DNA of 61,821 nt, filler included, from a bacterium (GTDB lineage: Bacteria; JBBIVP01), in assembly GCA_037439705.1 (NCBI GenBank). It is 7 parts of 7 records of this genome, joined end to end, with 100 filler letters (N's around TTAATTAATTAA, not from the genome) between each part and the next. Parts side by side here need not be neighbours in the genome. Positions count along the whole stretch, not along the records: positions 35,999 to 44,614 come from JBBIVP010000087.1; positions 44,715 to 53,237 come from JBBIVP010000088.1; 5 more parts are not named here. One strand, written 5' to 3'. The position numbers were made by a program, and so were the translations under genes. This document shows, one piece after another, positions 42,369 through 52,226 of the stretch (the first letter of the stretch is position 1; each line of letters begins with the position of its first letter). The notes below the pieces were generated by a model. The model was given only the letters and a program-made list of their open reading frames with translations. It was not told where the DNA came from and did not search any database.

Positions 42369-44354
42369 TCAAAATATACACAATGGAATTATACCCGTTT
42401 TTTCACCAAGCACAAGTTTTGCTGTTTTGAGATCTCTCTCCCACAAACACATAGTATGAGCCTGTTTAAGATAACCGTAGGGATAAATAGTGGGATTGGA
42501 AACAGAAGAAATAAGAAGCTCTGAACGAGGATAAAAAAGATTTTGATGCCTGCGACTTATTATTTGCCATGCTTTTTCAAAAATTTTTATTGCCTCATCC
42601 AGCCTTTCCCTGAAAGAAGGAAGGGACTGCCCTTTTTCCAGCACAGCAGTATAAAGCAATCTGATAAAGTGAGCCCGAAGATAGGTTATCTCTATCCCAT
42701 CTTTTAATTCTCTTATAAGCGGAATGTCCTCCCATTCCACACTGTTGAGTATGTTATGTAACTCCTCTTCAAAATCTTTTAAAGGTTTAAGAACCCTTTC
42801 ATTAAAATCCACCCTTTCCGGCTCGTCCATGGATAGAACCTCTTGAAATGAAACCCTGCATGGTTGTGAAAAGAAAAGACGGGTGCCACATCCTAAATAT
42901 ATGTAAAAATCCTCACCTGATAAATAAGGAGCAAGTCTTCTTCCTATTAAGTATCTATATTCAACTTCCGCAACATTCTTTACTATTTCTCCGTAGTCCT
43001 CTCCATATATTTCATAAACTGGCTCCGTCCATGTAACTGGTAAAGTGTATGAGAATTTTAAAGACGAATAATCGTTAAGCCAGTATCCCCATTCCCATCC
43101 TGATGAAAAAATAATGTGCGCATATAAATTCTTTGCCTGCGAAAAAATACCATTCAAATCAAGCCACCGCGAAATCACATATATGGGAAGATAAATCGGA
43201 ACCGAATTATCAAATGCAATCCAGTAAGCAGTTTCAGGATGGTATCCAGCTTTTCTGTTGCTACGAAGGAGTTCAAAAAGAAACTCCCTGTGAAGCGAAA
43301 AATCAGAATGATTGTATGCTCCACCTGCATCATCAAACAGATTGTAGTACATTACAGTGTGAATCAGCGGTATGAGATTGCTGTTGGCATATTTAACCAG
43401 AAAATAATAAAGAATTCTTTCTCCATTGTACTCAACCCAGAGATTATCAAAGTTACCAACATGAACCGTAGTTGATACTTCTACAGGAGGAGCTATTTCC
43501 TTTATCATTTCATATACCCCGTTCAAAGCCTGAATGAAGGTGTCGGGATTTTCTCCTATAAATTCACCAAACGAGAGATTTATGTGGTCAAAAGGTATTG
43601 AAAGAATGTTTTCCACATCTTTCCGCGTCACAGAAAGATAGGCATTTTGAAAACTGGATTGCGAGAACAGTTCAGTATTTATGCCTGTTTTTACACCGAG
43701 ATAATGAGCATAATTTACTATCTCTTCTGTATAATCCTTCCACTTTTTATAGACATTATCATTTTTTTGAATATCGTTAAGAGCCACCCACTGAATGTAG
43801 TTTCCCCTCATCCGCACGAGCCATCTTATTATATCCTTTGCCTCTTTCAATCCATTTTCTGATGGAATCCAGAATGAAAAAAGAGTCTCTATAGGATGAA
43901 GGGTGTGAAGGTGAAGCCCCCTCAAAGGTATCTCTGGTTCAAACCTTTTACCGGAAATTTGTATAACACTTTTAACGAACCTGTCTTTACTTATTGAATC
44001 CGGATGAACTGAGTAGAATGGATGAGGAAATCTGAATCCTGCCTCTTCAAGCAAATGGGTTATTCCGTATATTACCCCGAGAGGAAATCCACCTCTTAGA
44101 ACTATGGCATTATCCTCCACTTCCATCTCAAAACACTCTTCACATTCAATCTCTTCAACCACAATGTTAATTCCATTTTTCAAACAATTCTTTGGTTCTG
44201 AACATACAGCAAGTTCAACATCTTCAAGACCATCTATTATCTCCTTTATAAATGTAGCATTTTCCGGAGCAACCACAAAAATTTTATCTGCCCTTCCACA
44301 GCATAAAAATGACATTATTGACAAAATAAAAAAGTATCTCCCTTTTCCCACCAT
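42369..44354 (-). CDS. Large hypothetical lipoprotein, possibly glycoside-hydrolase-like
   Basis: Long ORF; hydrophobic signal ending in FLCC; GVIYGITHLLEEAGFRF and RGLHLHTLHP segments. Confidence 0.6.
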   Translation of the reverse strand: MVGKGRYFFILSIMSFLCCGRADKIFVVAPENATFIKEIIDGLEDVELAVCSEPKNCLKNGINIVVEEIECEECFEMEVEDNAIVLRGGFPLGVIYGITHLLEEAGFRFPHPFYSVHPDSISKDRFVKSVIQISGKRFEPEIPLRGLHLHTLHPIETLFSFWIPSENGLKEAKDIIRWLVRMRGNYIQWVALNDIQKNDNVYKKWKDYTEEIVNYAHYLGVKTGINTELFSQSSFQNAYLSVTRKDVENILSIPFDHINLSFGEFIGENPDTFIQALNGVYEMIKEIAPPVEVSTTVHVGNFDNLWVEYNGERILYYFLVKYANSNLIPLIHTVMYYNLFDDAGGAYNHSDFSLHREFLFELLRSNRKAGYHPETAYWIAFDNSVPIYLPIYVISRWLDLNGIFSQAKNLYAHIIFSSGWEWGYWLNDYSSLKFSYTLPVTWTEPVYEIYGEDYGEIVKNVAEVEYRYLIGRRLAPYLSGEDFYIYLGCGTRLFFSQPCRVSFQEVLSMDEPERVDFNERVLKPLKDFEEELHNILNSVEWEDIPLIRELKDGIEITYLRAHFIRLLYTAVLEKGQSLPSFRERLDEAIKIFEKAWQIISRRHQNLFYPRSELLISSVSNPTIYPYGYLKQAHTMCLWERDLKTAKLVLGEKTGIIPLCIF

Positions 44355-44428
44355 TGAAAATAAATGTCTCACTTTCCACCACATCTCAAAACCAATTTTA
44401 AAATTCAAAAACCCATATATCAATCATT

Positions 44429-44614
44429 CTTTAAATTCCTGATTTGGAGATTGTGAAGGTATATTCTATCATTTCGTTTATCTCCCCCTTATCCCGGTTT
44501 AAATTCCTCATTGGCAGATTGGAACTGAGATTTTGAAGGTATTCTTTAACGGACTTATTTTTGTTTAAATTCCTCATATGTAGGCCAAAACCTCACAATA
44601 GCTTTACAGTTTGC
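44429..44614 (-). CRISPR. Degenerate CRISPR-like array remnant (three repeats, truncated by the contig end)
   Basis: 29-30 nt units at 44429 (CTTTAAATTCCTGATTTGGAGATTGTGAAG), 44497 (GTTTAAATTCCTCATTGGCAGATTGGAAC) and 44563 (GTTTAAATTCCTCATATGTAGGCCAAAAC); periods 68 and 66; spacers 38 and 37 nt. Confidence 0.55.
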
Positions 44615-44714
44615 NNNNNNNNNNNNNNNNNNNNNNNNNNNNNNNNNNNNNNNNNNNNTTAATTAATTAANNNNNNNNNNNNNNNNNNNNNNNNNNNNNN
44701 NNNNNNNNNNNNNN
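44615..44714. other. Artificial contig linker
   Basis: N44-TTAATTAATTAA-N44. Confidence 0.98.
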
Positions 44715-45150
44715 AAACATTTATTATGCTTCCTCCCCCATTTTTCTCCATAATTGGAGCCACTTCCTTGCACAGAAAAAATGGTCCCTTCAGATTTACC
44801 TCAAATATCTTATCCCACACCCCTTCATCAGCAGTTATTACAGGACCAAAATGTGGATTGGTTCCAGCATTATTTACAAGAATGTCTATTTTTCCAAATA
44901 GTTCAACCGCATGATTAACGAGTTTTTTAATATCTTCAATCTTTCCTGTGTGAGCGGGGAATGGATAAACCTCATATCCTTTCTTTTTTAACTCTTCTGC
45001 TGCGCTTCTAATTCCATCCTCCTTTCTCGAACACATCAAAACCTCTGCACCTGCTTCTGCCAGTCCTTCAGAGATTGCCTTTCCTATTCCGCGGGAAGCA
45101 CCTGTAACTATTGCACATTTTCCCTTCAGACTTATTCTATCGAGCCACAT
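44715..45150 (-). CDS. Classical SDR oxidoreductase (3' truncated)
   Basis: TGASRGIG, ILVNNAGTNPHFG, GGGSIINV. Confidence 0.9.
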
Positions 45151-45166
45151 CTTTTAGGAGAAAGAT

Positions 45167-45553
45167 TCACTTCTTCTTTCTTTCCTTTATGTAGGAGGAA
45201 ACAAGAGCCAGGGTTTCTTCTTTAATTTCCTCAGGAACTGTAGATAGAACTTCAAGAATTTTCCACTCGGGTTCACCTTCCTTCACGAACCTGTTCTTGA
45301 ATGTAAATCCCTTTTCCCTTCCTTCTTTCGTCTTTTTTCCCGTTTCACCCGTGAGGATCCATTCAACACTTACTCCGAAGGTTTCAGCCATTTTGAGAAT
45401 TACATCAATTGGTGGAAAAACTATGCCCTTTTCGTAGGCGCATATAGCATCCTGCGACTTCTTGAAGAACTTTCCGAATTCAGCCTGGGTCATCTTGCCC
45501 CTCAGTGCCTTCACTCTTTCTCCTATTTCTGCTTTTAGTTTCTTTTTGTTCAT
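45167..45553 (-). CDS. XRE-family HTH transcriptional regulator
   Basis: IGERVKALRGKMTQAEFG..SQDAICAYEKG..GVSVEWILTGE. Confidence 0.85.
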   Translation of the reverse strand: MNKKKLKAEIGERVKALRGKMTQAEFGKFFKKSQDAICAYEKGIVFPPIDVILKMAETFGVSVEWILTGETGKKTKEGREKGFTFKNRFVKEGEPEWKILEVLSTVPEEIKEETLALVSSYIKERKKK

Positions 45554-45755
45554 GTCTATAAATATCTTAACCAAAAAAAATTAAAAATCAAATTTTTTTC
45601 AATTTTCGTATTTCCAATTTTTCATTTTAAACCATCCTTATTTTAAGTCTGAAAAGGGGAGTATTTGATTTTGAAATTTGAAGGAATAAAGTAATAACAA
45701 GTACATGAAAGTTAGCACAAGATGGATTATATAATTCAGATATTGCCAAATAAAC

Positions 45756-46331
45756 ATGCTAAAACCTTTTGAACATGAAGGTGTGAAATGCGTAAAATGT
45801 GGCACTGAAGTGGATGGGAAAGTTCTTTACTGGGTTCATTTCTATCTTTTTAAAGGGATATTGTTTGATAGCGTGTGTCCGAACATTTCTAATGAAGTGG
45901 CTGAGTTTGCTTTACAAAGCAATGTAAAAACTATCCTGGTGACGCACTATCACGAAGACCATATAGGTGGTGCCATAGCTTTACAAAGGATGGTACCTGT
46001 TTTTGCTCCAAGAAAATCTATTGATATTCTTTTTAACCCTCCGAACATTCCGGAATACCTAAAAACAGTCTGGGGACAGCCAGCATCATTAAAAGCGAAA
46101 CCTTTAGATGAAATTAATCTTGAAGATATTAAGGTGATGGAAACACCAGGACATACTTTTGACCATACTTCTTTTCTTGTGGAAGATAGAGTTTTCGCCG
46201 GAGACCTGATCATCAGGCCGGGACAGATGGTCATTTTCTTGACTTTTACTTTTTACAATTTTAGAATCAATTTAAAACATAAAAAAGGGAGTTTAAAATG
46301 GCTGTGCAAAAAATCAAAGAGGGGATTTTAG
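45756..46331 (+). pseudogene. MBL-fold metallohydrolase, probably 3'-truncated near 46235
   Basis: THYHEDHIGG, TPGHT, FAGD; the tail translates promoter and RBS sequence, and the final PGHG motif is missing. Confidence 0.6.
46239..46267 (+). promoter_or_regulatory. Sigma70-type promoter of the fprA operon
   Basis: TTGACT-17 nt-TAGAAT, 30 bp upstream of the fprA ATG. Confidence 0.7.
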
Positions 46332-47485
46332 CGGTAGGGGTTCGACACTGGGAGAGAAGACTTTTTGATGAATTAATTCCCCTTCCTGATGGGACCAGCT
46401 ATAATTCTTACCTTGTAATAGGTTCTGAAAAGGTCGCGCTTATAGACACTGTAGATCCTTCAAAAACAGAAAAACTCGTCGCAAATCTGAAAGAGGCAGG
46501 AGTGGAAAAAATACACTTTATAGTTGCCAACCACGCAGAGCAGGACCATTCTGGTTCTGTTCCTGAAATTCTTTCCCTATATCCAGAATCAAAGGTGGTG
46601 ACAAATGAAAAGGGCAAAACTTTTCTTTCGGACCTTTTGCATATTCCTGATGAGAAATTCATAACTGTTAAAGATGGGGAAACAATAAAGCTCGGAGGAA
46701 AGACCCTAAAATTTGTTTTTACACCATGGGTTCACTGGCCTGAAACAATGGTAACTTTTCTTGTAGAAGAAAAAATTTTATTTTCCTGTGATTTCTTCGG
46801 CTCCCATTACGCAACTTCTTCACTCTTTGCCCGAGGAGATGAAAGAATTCTTGAAGATGCCAAAAGATATTATGCAGAAATCATGATGCCATTCAGGGTT
46901 CAGATAAAGAAAAATATTGAAATTGTTGAATCACTTTCTCCCGAAATTATTGCTCCAAGCCATGGTCCGGTTTGGAGAAATCCGTCCTTTATAATTAATG
47001 CATATAAAGACTGGGTTTCTGAAAATTTTGAAAATAAAGTTTTAATTCCCTATGTATCCATGCATGATAGCACAAAAAAAATAGTAGATTATCTTACAGA
47101 TTTGTTGATAAAACTTGGAATAGAAGTAAAACCATTCAGCCTTCCTTTTGTGGATATTGGTGAATTTGCGATAGAAATTGTTTCTGCCCCAACAATTGTG
47201 ATAGGAACACCCACTGTCCTTGCAGGTGCTCATCCAGTTGCTATTTACGCTGCTTATCTTGTGAATGCATTAAGACCAAAGTTAAAATTTGCAAGTGTAA
47301 TAGGCTCCTACGGATGGGGCGGTAAAGCAGTAGAGCATATTCAGGCGCAACTTTCCAGTCTTAAAATTGAATTTCTTGAACCTGTCTTAATCAAGGGTTT
47401 ACCCAGCGAAAAGGATTACAGTTCGTTAGATAAACTTGCCAGTCTTATTCTTGAGAAACATAAAGAGATTGGATTAATAAAGTGA
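46298..47485 (+). CDS. fprA: Flavodiiron protein (class A)
   Basis: [31 protein letters not shown], flavodoxin GSYGWGG. Confidence 0.93.
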   Translation: MAVQKIKEGILAVGVRHWERRLFDELIPLPDGTSYNSYLVIGSEKVALIDTVDPSKTEKLVANLKEAGVEKIHFIVANHAEQDHSGSVPEILSLYPESKVVTNEKGKTFLSDLLHIPDEKFITVKDGETIKLGGKTLKFVFTPWVHWPETMVTFLVEEKILFSCDFFGSHYATSSLFARGDERILEDAKRYYAEIMMPFRVQIKKNIEIVESLSPEIIAPSHGPVWRNPSFIINAYKDWVSENFENKVLIPYVSMHDSTKKIVDYLTDLLIKLGIEVKPFSLPFVDIGEFAIEIVSAPTIVIGTPTVLAGAHPVAIYAAYLVNALRPKLKFASVIGSYGWGGKAVEHIQAQLSSLKIEFLEPVLIKGLPSEKDYSSLDKLASLILEKHKEIGLIK

Positions 47486-47498
47486 AGAAGGTGCTAAA

Positions 47499-48029
47499 AT
47501 GAAAAAGATGACAGAAAAATCCCTGTCTGAAGCCTTTGCTGGTGAGTCAATGGCTCATATAAAGTACCTCATTTTCAGTGAAGTGGCTGAAAGTGAAGGC
47601 TTTCGGAATGTGGCTCGTCTCTTTAAGGCAATAGCATTTGCTGAATTTGTCCATGCCAAAAATCATGCTAAAAATCTTGGATATGGAAAAAGCACAAGAG
47701 AAAATCTCCAGAGTGGTATAGATGGTGAAAATTTTGAGGCTACAGAGATGTATCCTGCTTACAATGCTATCGCAGAGCTTCAGGATGAAAAGGATGCAAA
47801 GCTTTCAATACATTATGCCCTTGAAGCAGAAAAAATTCATGAACAGCTTTACAGAATTGCAGAAGAAAATGTGGCCATAAATAAAGACATTGAAATGAAA
47901 GAAATCCATATATGCCCTGTCTGCGGATATACTTACATGGGAGAAAAACCACCTGAAAAATGCCCTATTTGTGGTGTATCTAAGGAAAAATTTGTGAAGT
48001 TTCGATTAAATTTGAAAGGGAGGAGATAG
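47499..48029 (+). CDS. rbr: Rubrerythrin
   Basis: [23 protein letters not shown]...CPICG. Confidence 0.93.
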   Translation: MKKMTEKSLSEAFAGESMAHIKYLIFSEVAESEGFRNVARLFKAIAFAEFVHAKNHAKNLGYGKSTRENLQSGIDGENFEATEMYPAYNAIAELQDEKDAKLSIHYALEAEKIHEQLYRIAEENVAINKDIEMKEIHICPVCGYTYMGEKPPEKCPICGVSKEKFVKFRLNLKGRR

Positions 48030-49360
48030 ATGGAATACCCATTCTGGTATGTCCCATTTATTGGCTCTCCAATGTTAATTCCCGGGGTTGCCCTTTTACA
48101 TGTCATTGTTTCCCATTTCGCTGTTGGCGGAGGAATCCTTTTGTGGCTTGGAATTACAAAAGCATACAAACAAAATGACAGAGAATTTCTTAATTATTTA
48201 AAATCCCTTACACGATCGGAGCCATAACAGGAGTTGGTATATGGTGGACAATAGGTTTGTCCAGCCCTCAGGCAACCTCAACTCTCATACATACCTTTGT
48301 ATTTGGATGGGCTACTGAGTGGGTGATGTTTGTAATTGAACTGGCCTCAGCCTTTGGGCTTTTCTATTTCTGGGATAAATTTTCGCAAAACTCTCATAAA
48401 ACTGTTGCTTTCATCTATGCCATTTTCGCATGGCTTTCTCTTGTAGTTATATCTGGTATAACAAGTTTTATGGCCACAAGTGGCAAGTGGATTGAGACCA
48501 AAAATTTCTGGTACGGATTTATAAACCCAACATTTTTACCCACTATTGTAACAAGAACCGGTGGAGCACTGGCAATTTCTTCTCTCTACATTCAGCTCCA
48601 TCTAAGTTTTTATAAAGCCCAAGAAAGCGTAAAGAAAAATGTAATAAAGTGGACAAGCAGATGGGGAATAGTTGGCTTCATATTGGTAAGTCTGGGAGGT
48701 TTGTGGTGGTTTGGAGTAGTTCCTGATTTTATAAAAATAAAAGTTCAGACTGCTACTGTTGTAATAATTTTCATTACAATTGTAGTGTTTTTAATAATCG
48801 CTTTATCTTTAACATTGATTGCAGGACCCATAAGAAATCCCGCCTGGCTCTCACCACCACTCTCTGTTCTCTTACTGGTTCTTGGAGCAGGAGGAATGGT
48901 GGCAGGAGAATTTATAAGGGAAGGAACAAGAAAGCCCTATGTGATAGAGGAATATCTTTATTCCAACAACATTTATTCTGACAGAGTGGAAAATATAAGG
49001 GAAAATGGGTATCTGAACGAGGCAAAATGGGTAAAATTTTACCTATCAAAAATTGTTCCAGGGCTATATAAAGAGGACGGAAAGGTTAATGAAGATAAAA
49101 TTGAAAACTTATCGGACTCAGAAAAATATCTAATAGGAGAATCTATCTTCCATCATCAATGTGGTACATGCCATACAACCCGTGGTTACAACGGAATTTT
49201 AGATAGACTTAAGGGAATTGACAGGGAACTTCTTCATGAAATGATTAAAAATCTTGATGGGGTGAGTAATGCTATGCCTCCATTTGCTGGTAAGGATTGG
49301 GAGATTGATGCTTTAACAGAATATTTTGAAAAATGGCATACTAAGGAGGTGGTAAAATGA
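48030..49360 (+). pseudogene. Cytochrome bd subunit-I-like membrane protein with C-terminal cytochrome c; disrupted near 48208-48215 (ORFs 48030-48227 and 48257-49360)
   Basis: HVIVSHFAVGGG; the shifted frame gives TIGAITGVGIWWTIG; WATEWVMF, EFIREGTRKPY, CGTCH...AMPPF. Confidence 0.72.
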
Positions 49361-50448
49361 CCCCAATTCCTTCCTTTGACCCATTGGGACTACCTGCTCC
49401 AGCAGTAGTAAATCTTGTTCTTAAAGTCTTCGGGTTCTGGGTTCACTGGTTCTTTATGGGGATGTGGTTTAGTGGTATGTTAATTTCTCTAATCCTGATC
49501 AGATTAAACAATGAAACTCTCTCAATTACTGGCTGGAGAATTCTCAAAACCATGCCTGTTTTCATTGCCTTTGGCGTAAATGCTGGAATTGTTCCTCTTC
49601 TCTTTATCCAGGTCCTTTTTCCCAACTTCTTTTATCCTTCCACAATTCTTCAAGCCTGGTTCTGGTTTACCATCCTGGGTTTTCTTCTTGTTGCCTATTA
49701 CGGAATTTACTATTCAATTTTTAATTTTGAAAAGAATAAACTTCTCGCCTACGGAACTGGCTGGATATCTTCTTTTATTTTTCTAATGCTTGGTCTGATT
49801 TTTTCCAGTGAAATGAAATTAATGGTCTCTCCAGATTCATGGTATAAATATGTTTCTTTTGGACCGGGCGGAACAATATTAGGAATAGCACTTGCCATTT
49901 CTCCTCAATCAATTCTCAGATATTTTATAGTATTTGGTCTTTCCACAGTGAGTCTTTCCGGATATATTTTATTTGATAATTATTTCATTAAAGGAGAAAC
50001 ACAATTAAAAGAGGAAGTCAAAAAATTGTCTCTCGGGCTAATGATTTTGGGAATTATAATATTTGGGCTCTCTGCTTTAAAATATCTCGGGTACATTAAC
50101 CCTTATCTGAAGGATTTTGTTTTGTGGAAATATCTGCCCGGAGTTCTGCCTGTGCTTACCCTTATAATGGCGATTATGTTTTATCTAAAACCATCAAAAA
50201 CTTTTTCTCTTCTCATATTTCTTGGAGCTCTAATCTCTTTGCTCGTCAACAGCATCTCAAGACAGATAGTACAGATCAAAGAGTTAGAACCATTTTTGAA
50301 AATCAAACATTTGCCTTTAAGAATACAGCTTTCACCTATCTTGCTATTTCTCATTACTCTGATTATCGGACTTTTTGTACTCGGATATCTATTAAAAGTT
50401 TATTTTATAGAAACAAGGAGGTGTAGAAATGTTCTACAAGGTTCATGA
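49357..50448 (+). CDS. Multi-pass membrane partner of the cytochrome-c/bd-like protein
   Basis: IPSFDPLGLPAP, FWVHWFFM, FGVNAGIVPLLFIQVLF; about nine TM helices; overlaps the upstream stop. Confidence 0.65.
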   Translation: MTPIPSFDPLGLPAPAVVNLVLKVFGFWVHWFFMGMWFSGMLISLILIRLNNETLSITGWRILKTMPVFIAFGVNAGIVPLLFIQVLFPNFFYPSTILQAWFWFTILGFLLVAYYGIYYSIFNFEKNKLLAYGTGWISSFIFLMLGLIFSSEMKLMVSPDSWYKYVSFGPGGTILGIALAISPQSILRYFIVFGLSTVSLSGYILFDNYFIKGETQLKEEVKKLSLGLMILGIIIFGLSALKYLGYINPYLKDFVLWKYLPGVLPVLTLIMAIMFYLKPSKTFSLLIFLGALISLLVNSISRQIVQIKELEPFLKIKHLPLRIQLSPILLFLITLIIGLFVLGYLLKVYFIETRRCRNVLQGS

Positions 50449-51538
50449 AATTGGTAAAAGGTTTTATCTTTTAAGAAGTGATGAACCGGACTTTCACAGA
50501 AACATTTATGTAAAAATCTTCAAAAATGGTAATAAAACTGTAAATATGATTATGGACCCAGGGTCAAGACTTGATCTTGAACCTCTTACTAACTCTCTTG
50601 AAGAGCTAATTGGAGGAATAGATAAAATAGATATAATATTTTTATCTCATCAGGACCCTGATGTCTCTTCGTTGACTCCACTCCTACTGTCAATAGCCCA
50701 AAAAGCCATTGTTCTTACCTCACAGGATACCATAAGGTTGATAAAAATGTATGGAATACCAGAGAACAGACTAAAATCTGTAGAAGATTTAAAAAGTGAA
50801 ACAGTCAAAATAAAGGATACAGGGCACAGAATAAAAATTATTCACGCATATTTCTGCCATTTCAGGGGAGCCATTATGTGTTATGACATTGAAAGTAAAG
50901 TCTTATTCACAGGAGATTTTATGGGAGGTCTTAATACCGTAGAGGGGAAGCCCGTATATGCCACTGAAAAAGCCTGGGATGGAATACTTTTATTTCATAC
51001 AATCTACATGCCATCTAATCTGGCCCTCAGAAAAACAATTGATAGAATAGGGCTTTTAAATCCATTTCCGGAGGCCATAGCTCCTCAGCATGGATATGTT
51101 GTGAAGTCCGACCTCGTTGTGGAATTCATGAGCAGACTTTCTCAATTAAATGTCGGTATGGACCTTCTTACTTCCAAAGAACCAACTCATGAACAATTTC
51201 TTCTTGCCATAAACGATTTTAAAGAGAAGGTTAAAAAGGATTACCCAGATATTTATCCAAAAATTTATGATAGAATAAGAGCACCTGGAAGTTTCACTTC
51301 TCCGTTTATTATGAAGGGAGATGAAATAGTCCAGACAAAAATTCTCCCATCTGACGCTTTAAGTTTCGTCCTTAATGTTCTTGAAGATGAAACTGAAGGA
51401 CCTGAATTATCAAAATTAAAGACACTTCTTTTGCTGAGTTTAGAAAAGTTTAATGTTTCTCATCTTCTTCATATGCTTCCACCAGAAGATGTCAATGGTA
51501 AACCGTTGGATATCAGTGATATTTTTGGAGAAGAATAA
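50429..51538 (+). CDS. ODP-like (oxygen-binding di-iron) MBL-fold protein with C-terminal extension
   Basis: MDPGS, SHQDPDV, FCHFRGA, LFTGDF, IAPQHG. Confidence 0.72.
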   Translation: MFYKVHEIGKRFYLLRSDEPDFHRNIYVKIFKNGNKTVNMIMDPGSRLDLEPLTNSLEELIGGIDKIDIIFLSHQDPDVSSLTPLLLSIAQKAIVLTSQDTIRLIKMYGIPENRLKSVEDLKSETVKIKDTGHRIKIIHAYFCHFRGAIMCYDIESKVLFTGDFMGGLNTVEGKPVYATEKAWDGILLFHTIYMPSNLALRKTIDRIGLLNPFPEAIAPQHGYVVKSDLVVEFMSRLSQLNVGMDLLTSKEPTHEQFLLAINDFKEKVKKDYPDIYPKIYDRIRAPGSFTSPFIMKGDEIVQTKILPSDALSFVLNVLEDETEGPELSKLKTLLLLSLEKFNVSHLLHMLPPEDVNGKPLDISDIFGEE

Positions 51539-51560
51539 AAATTAAAAATGGAGGGTTAAA

Positions 51561-51950
51561 ATAAAAGAACTGATTCAGACAGGTGACTGGAAGGCAGAAA
51601 AACATGTCCCTTCCATAGATGTGATCGGGTAACCCAGGAAAGGTGAAAAAGTTGAGCTCAAAGTTGGAGTGGAAAAAGAAATTCCACATCCCAACACCTC
51701 TGAGCATCACATAAGCTGGATAGAGGTTTATTTCCATCCTGAAGGGGAAAAATTTCCTTACCTCCTTGGAAGGTTTGAGTTTGTCTCCCACGGTGAATCA
51801 ACCCAGGGACCAAATACATCCACTGTTTACTCTGAACCCTGGGTAACAATAGTTTTTAAAACGGAAAAAAGCGGAACAATACACGCCCTCTCTTATTGTA
51901 ATATTCATGGTTTATGGGGAAATTCTGTAGCTCTTAAAATTAAAGGCTAA
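51561..51950 (+). pseudogene. sor: Superoxide reductase (neelaredoxin type) with ATA at the start position and an in-frame TAA at 51630
   Basis: QTGDWKAEKHVP*, HPNTSEHHISWI, SYCNIHGLW. Confidence 0.85.
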
Positions 51951-52226
51951 TTAATTTATATTGTTTTAGGTGACAGCGGATAAATCGGGTGAGAAAGGGA
52001 AACTACTTTTCTTATAGAATTAATTTTTCGCTCTTATATTGAAGATAATTGCTATATATCAATTTTTCGTGTCTACAGGGTGGATTACCTCTTTTTATTT
52101 TTTTTAAATCCTGAAACCTTTAAATCCTGCTTCTTTCACAGCAACTTCTGCTACCAAAATAGAAGCATTTTCATCTAGTTACACTTTTTCAACTTATGAT
52201 CTTTTCTGTTTCATCCGAAGAAACCT

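Noticed and set aside
45167-45553. XRE regulator as a prophage repressor
   Set aside because: No phage genes nearby; it precedes an SDR gene
52105-52180. Minus-strand fragment ...AEVAVKEAGFK resembling the end of an HMA/CopZ domain
   Set aside because: Too short, with no start codon or CxxC; cannot be supported
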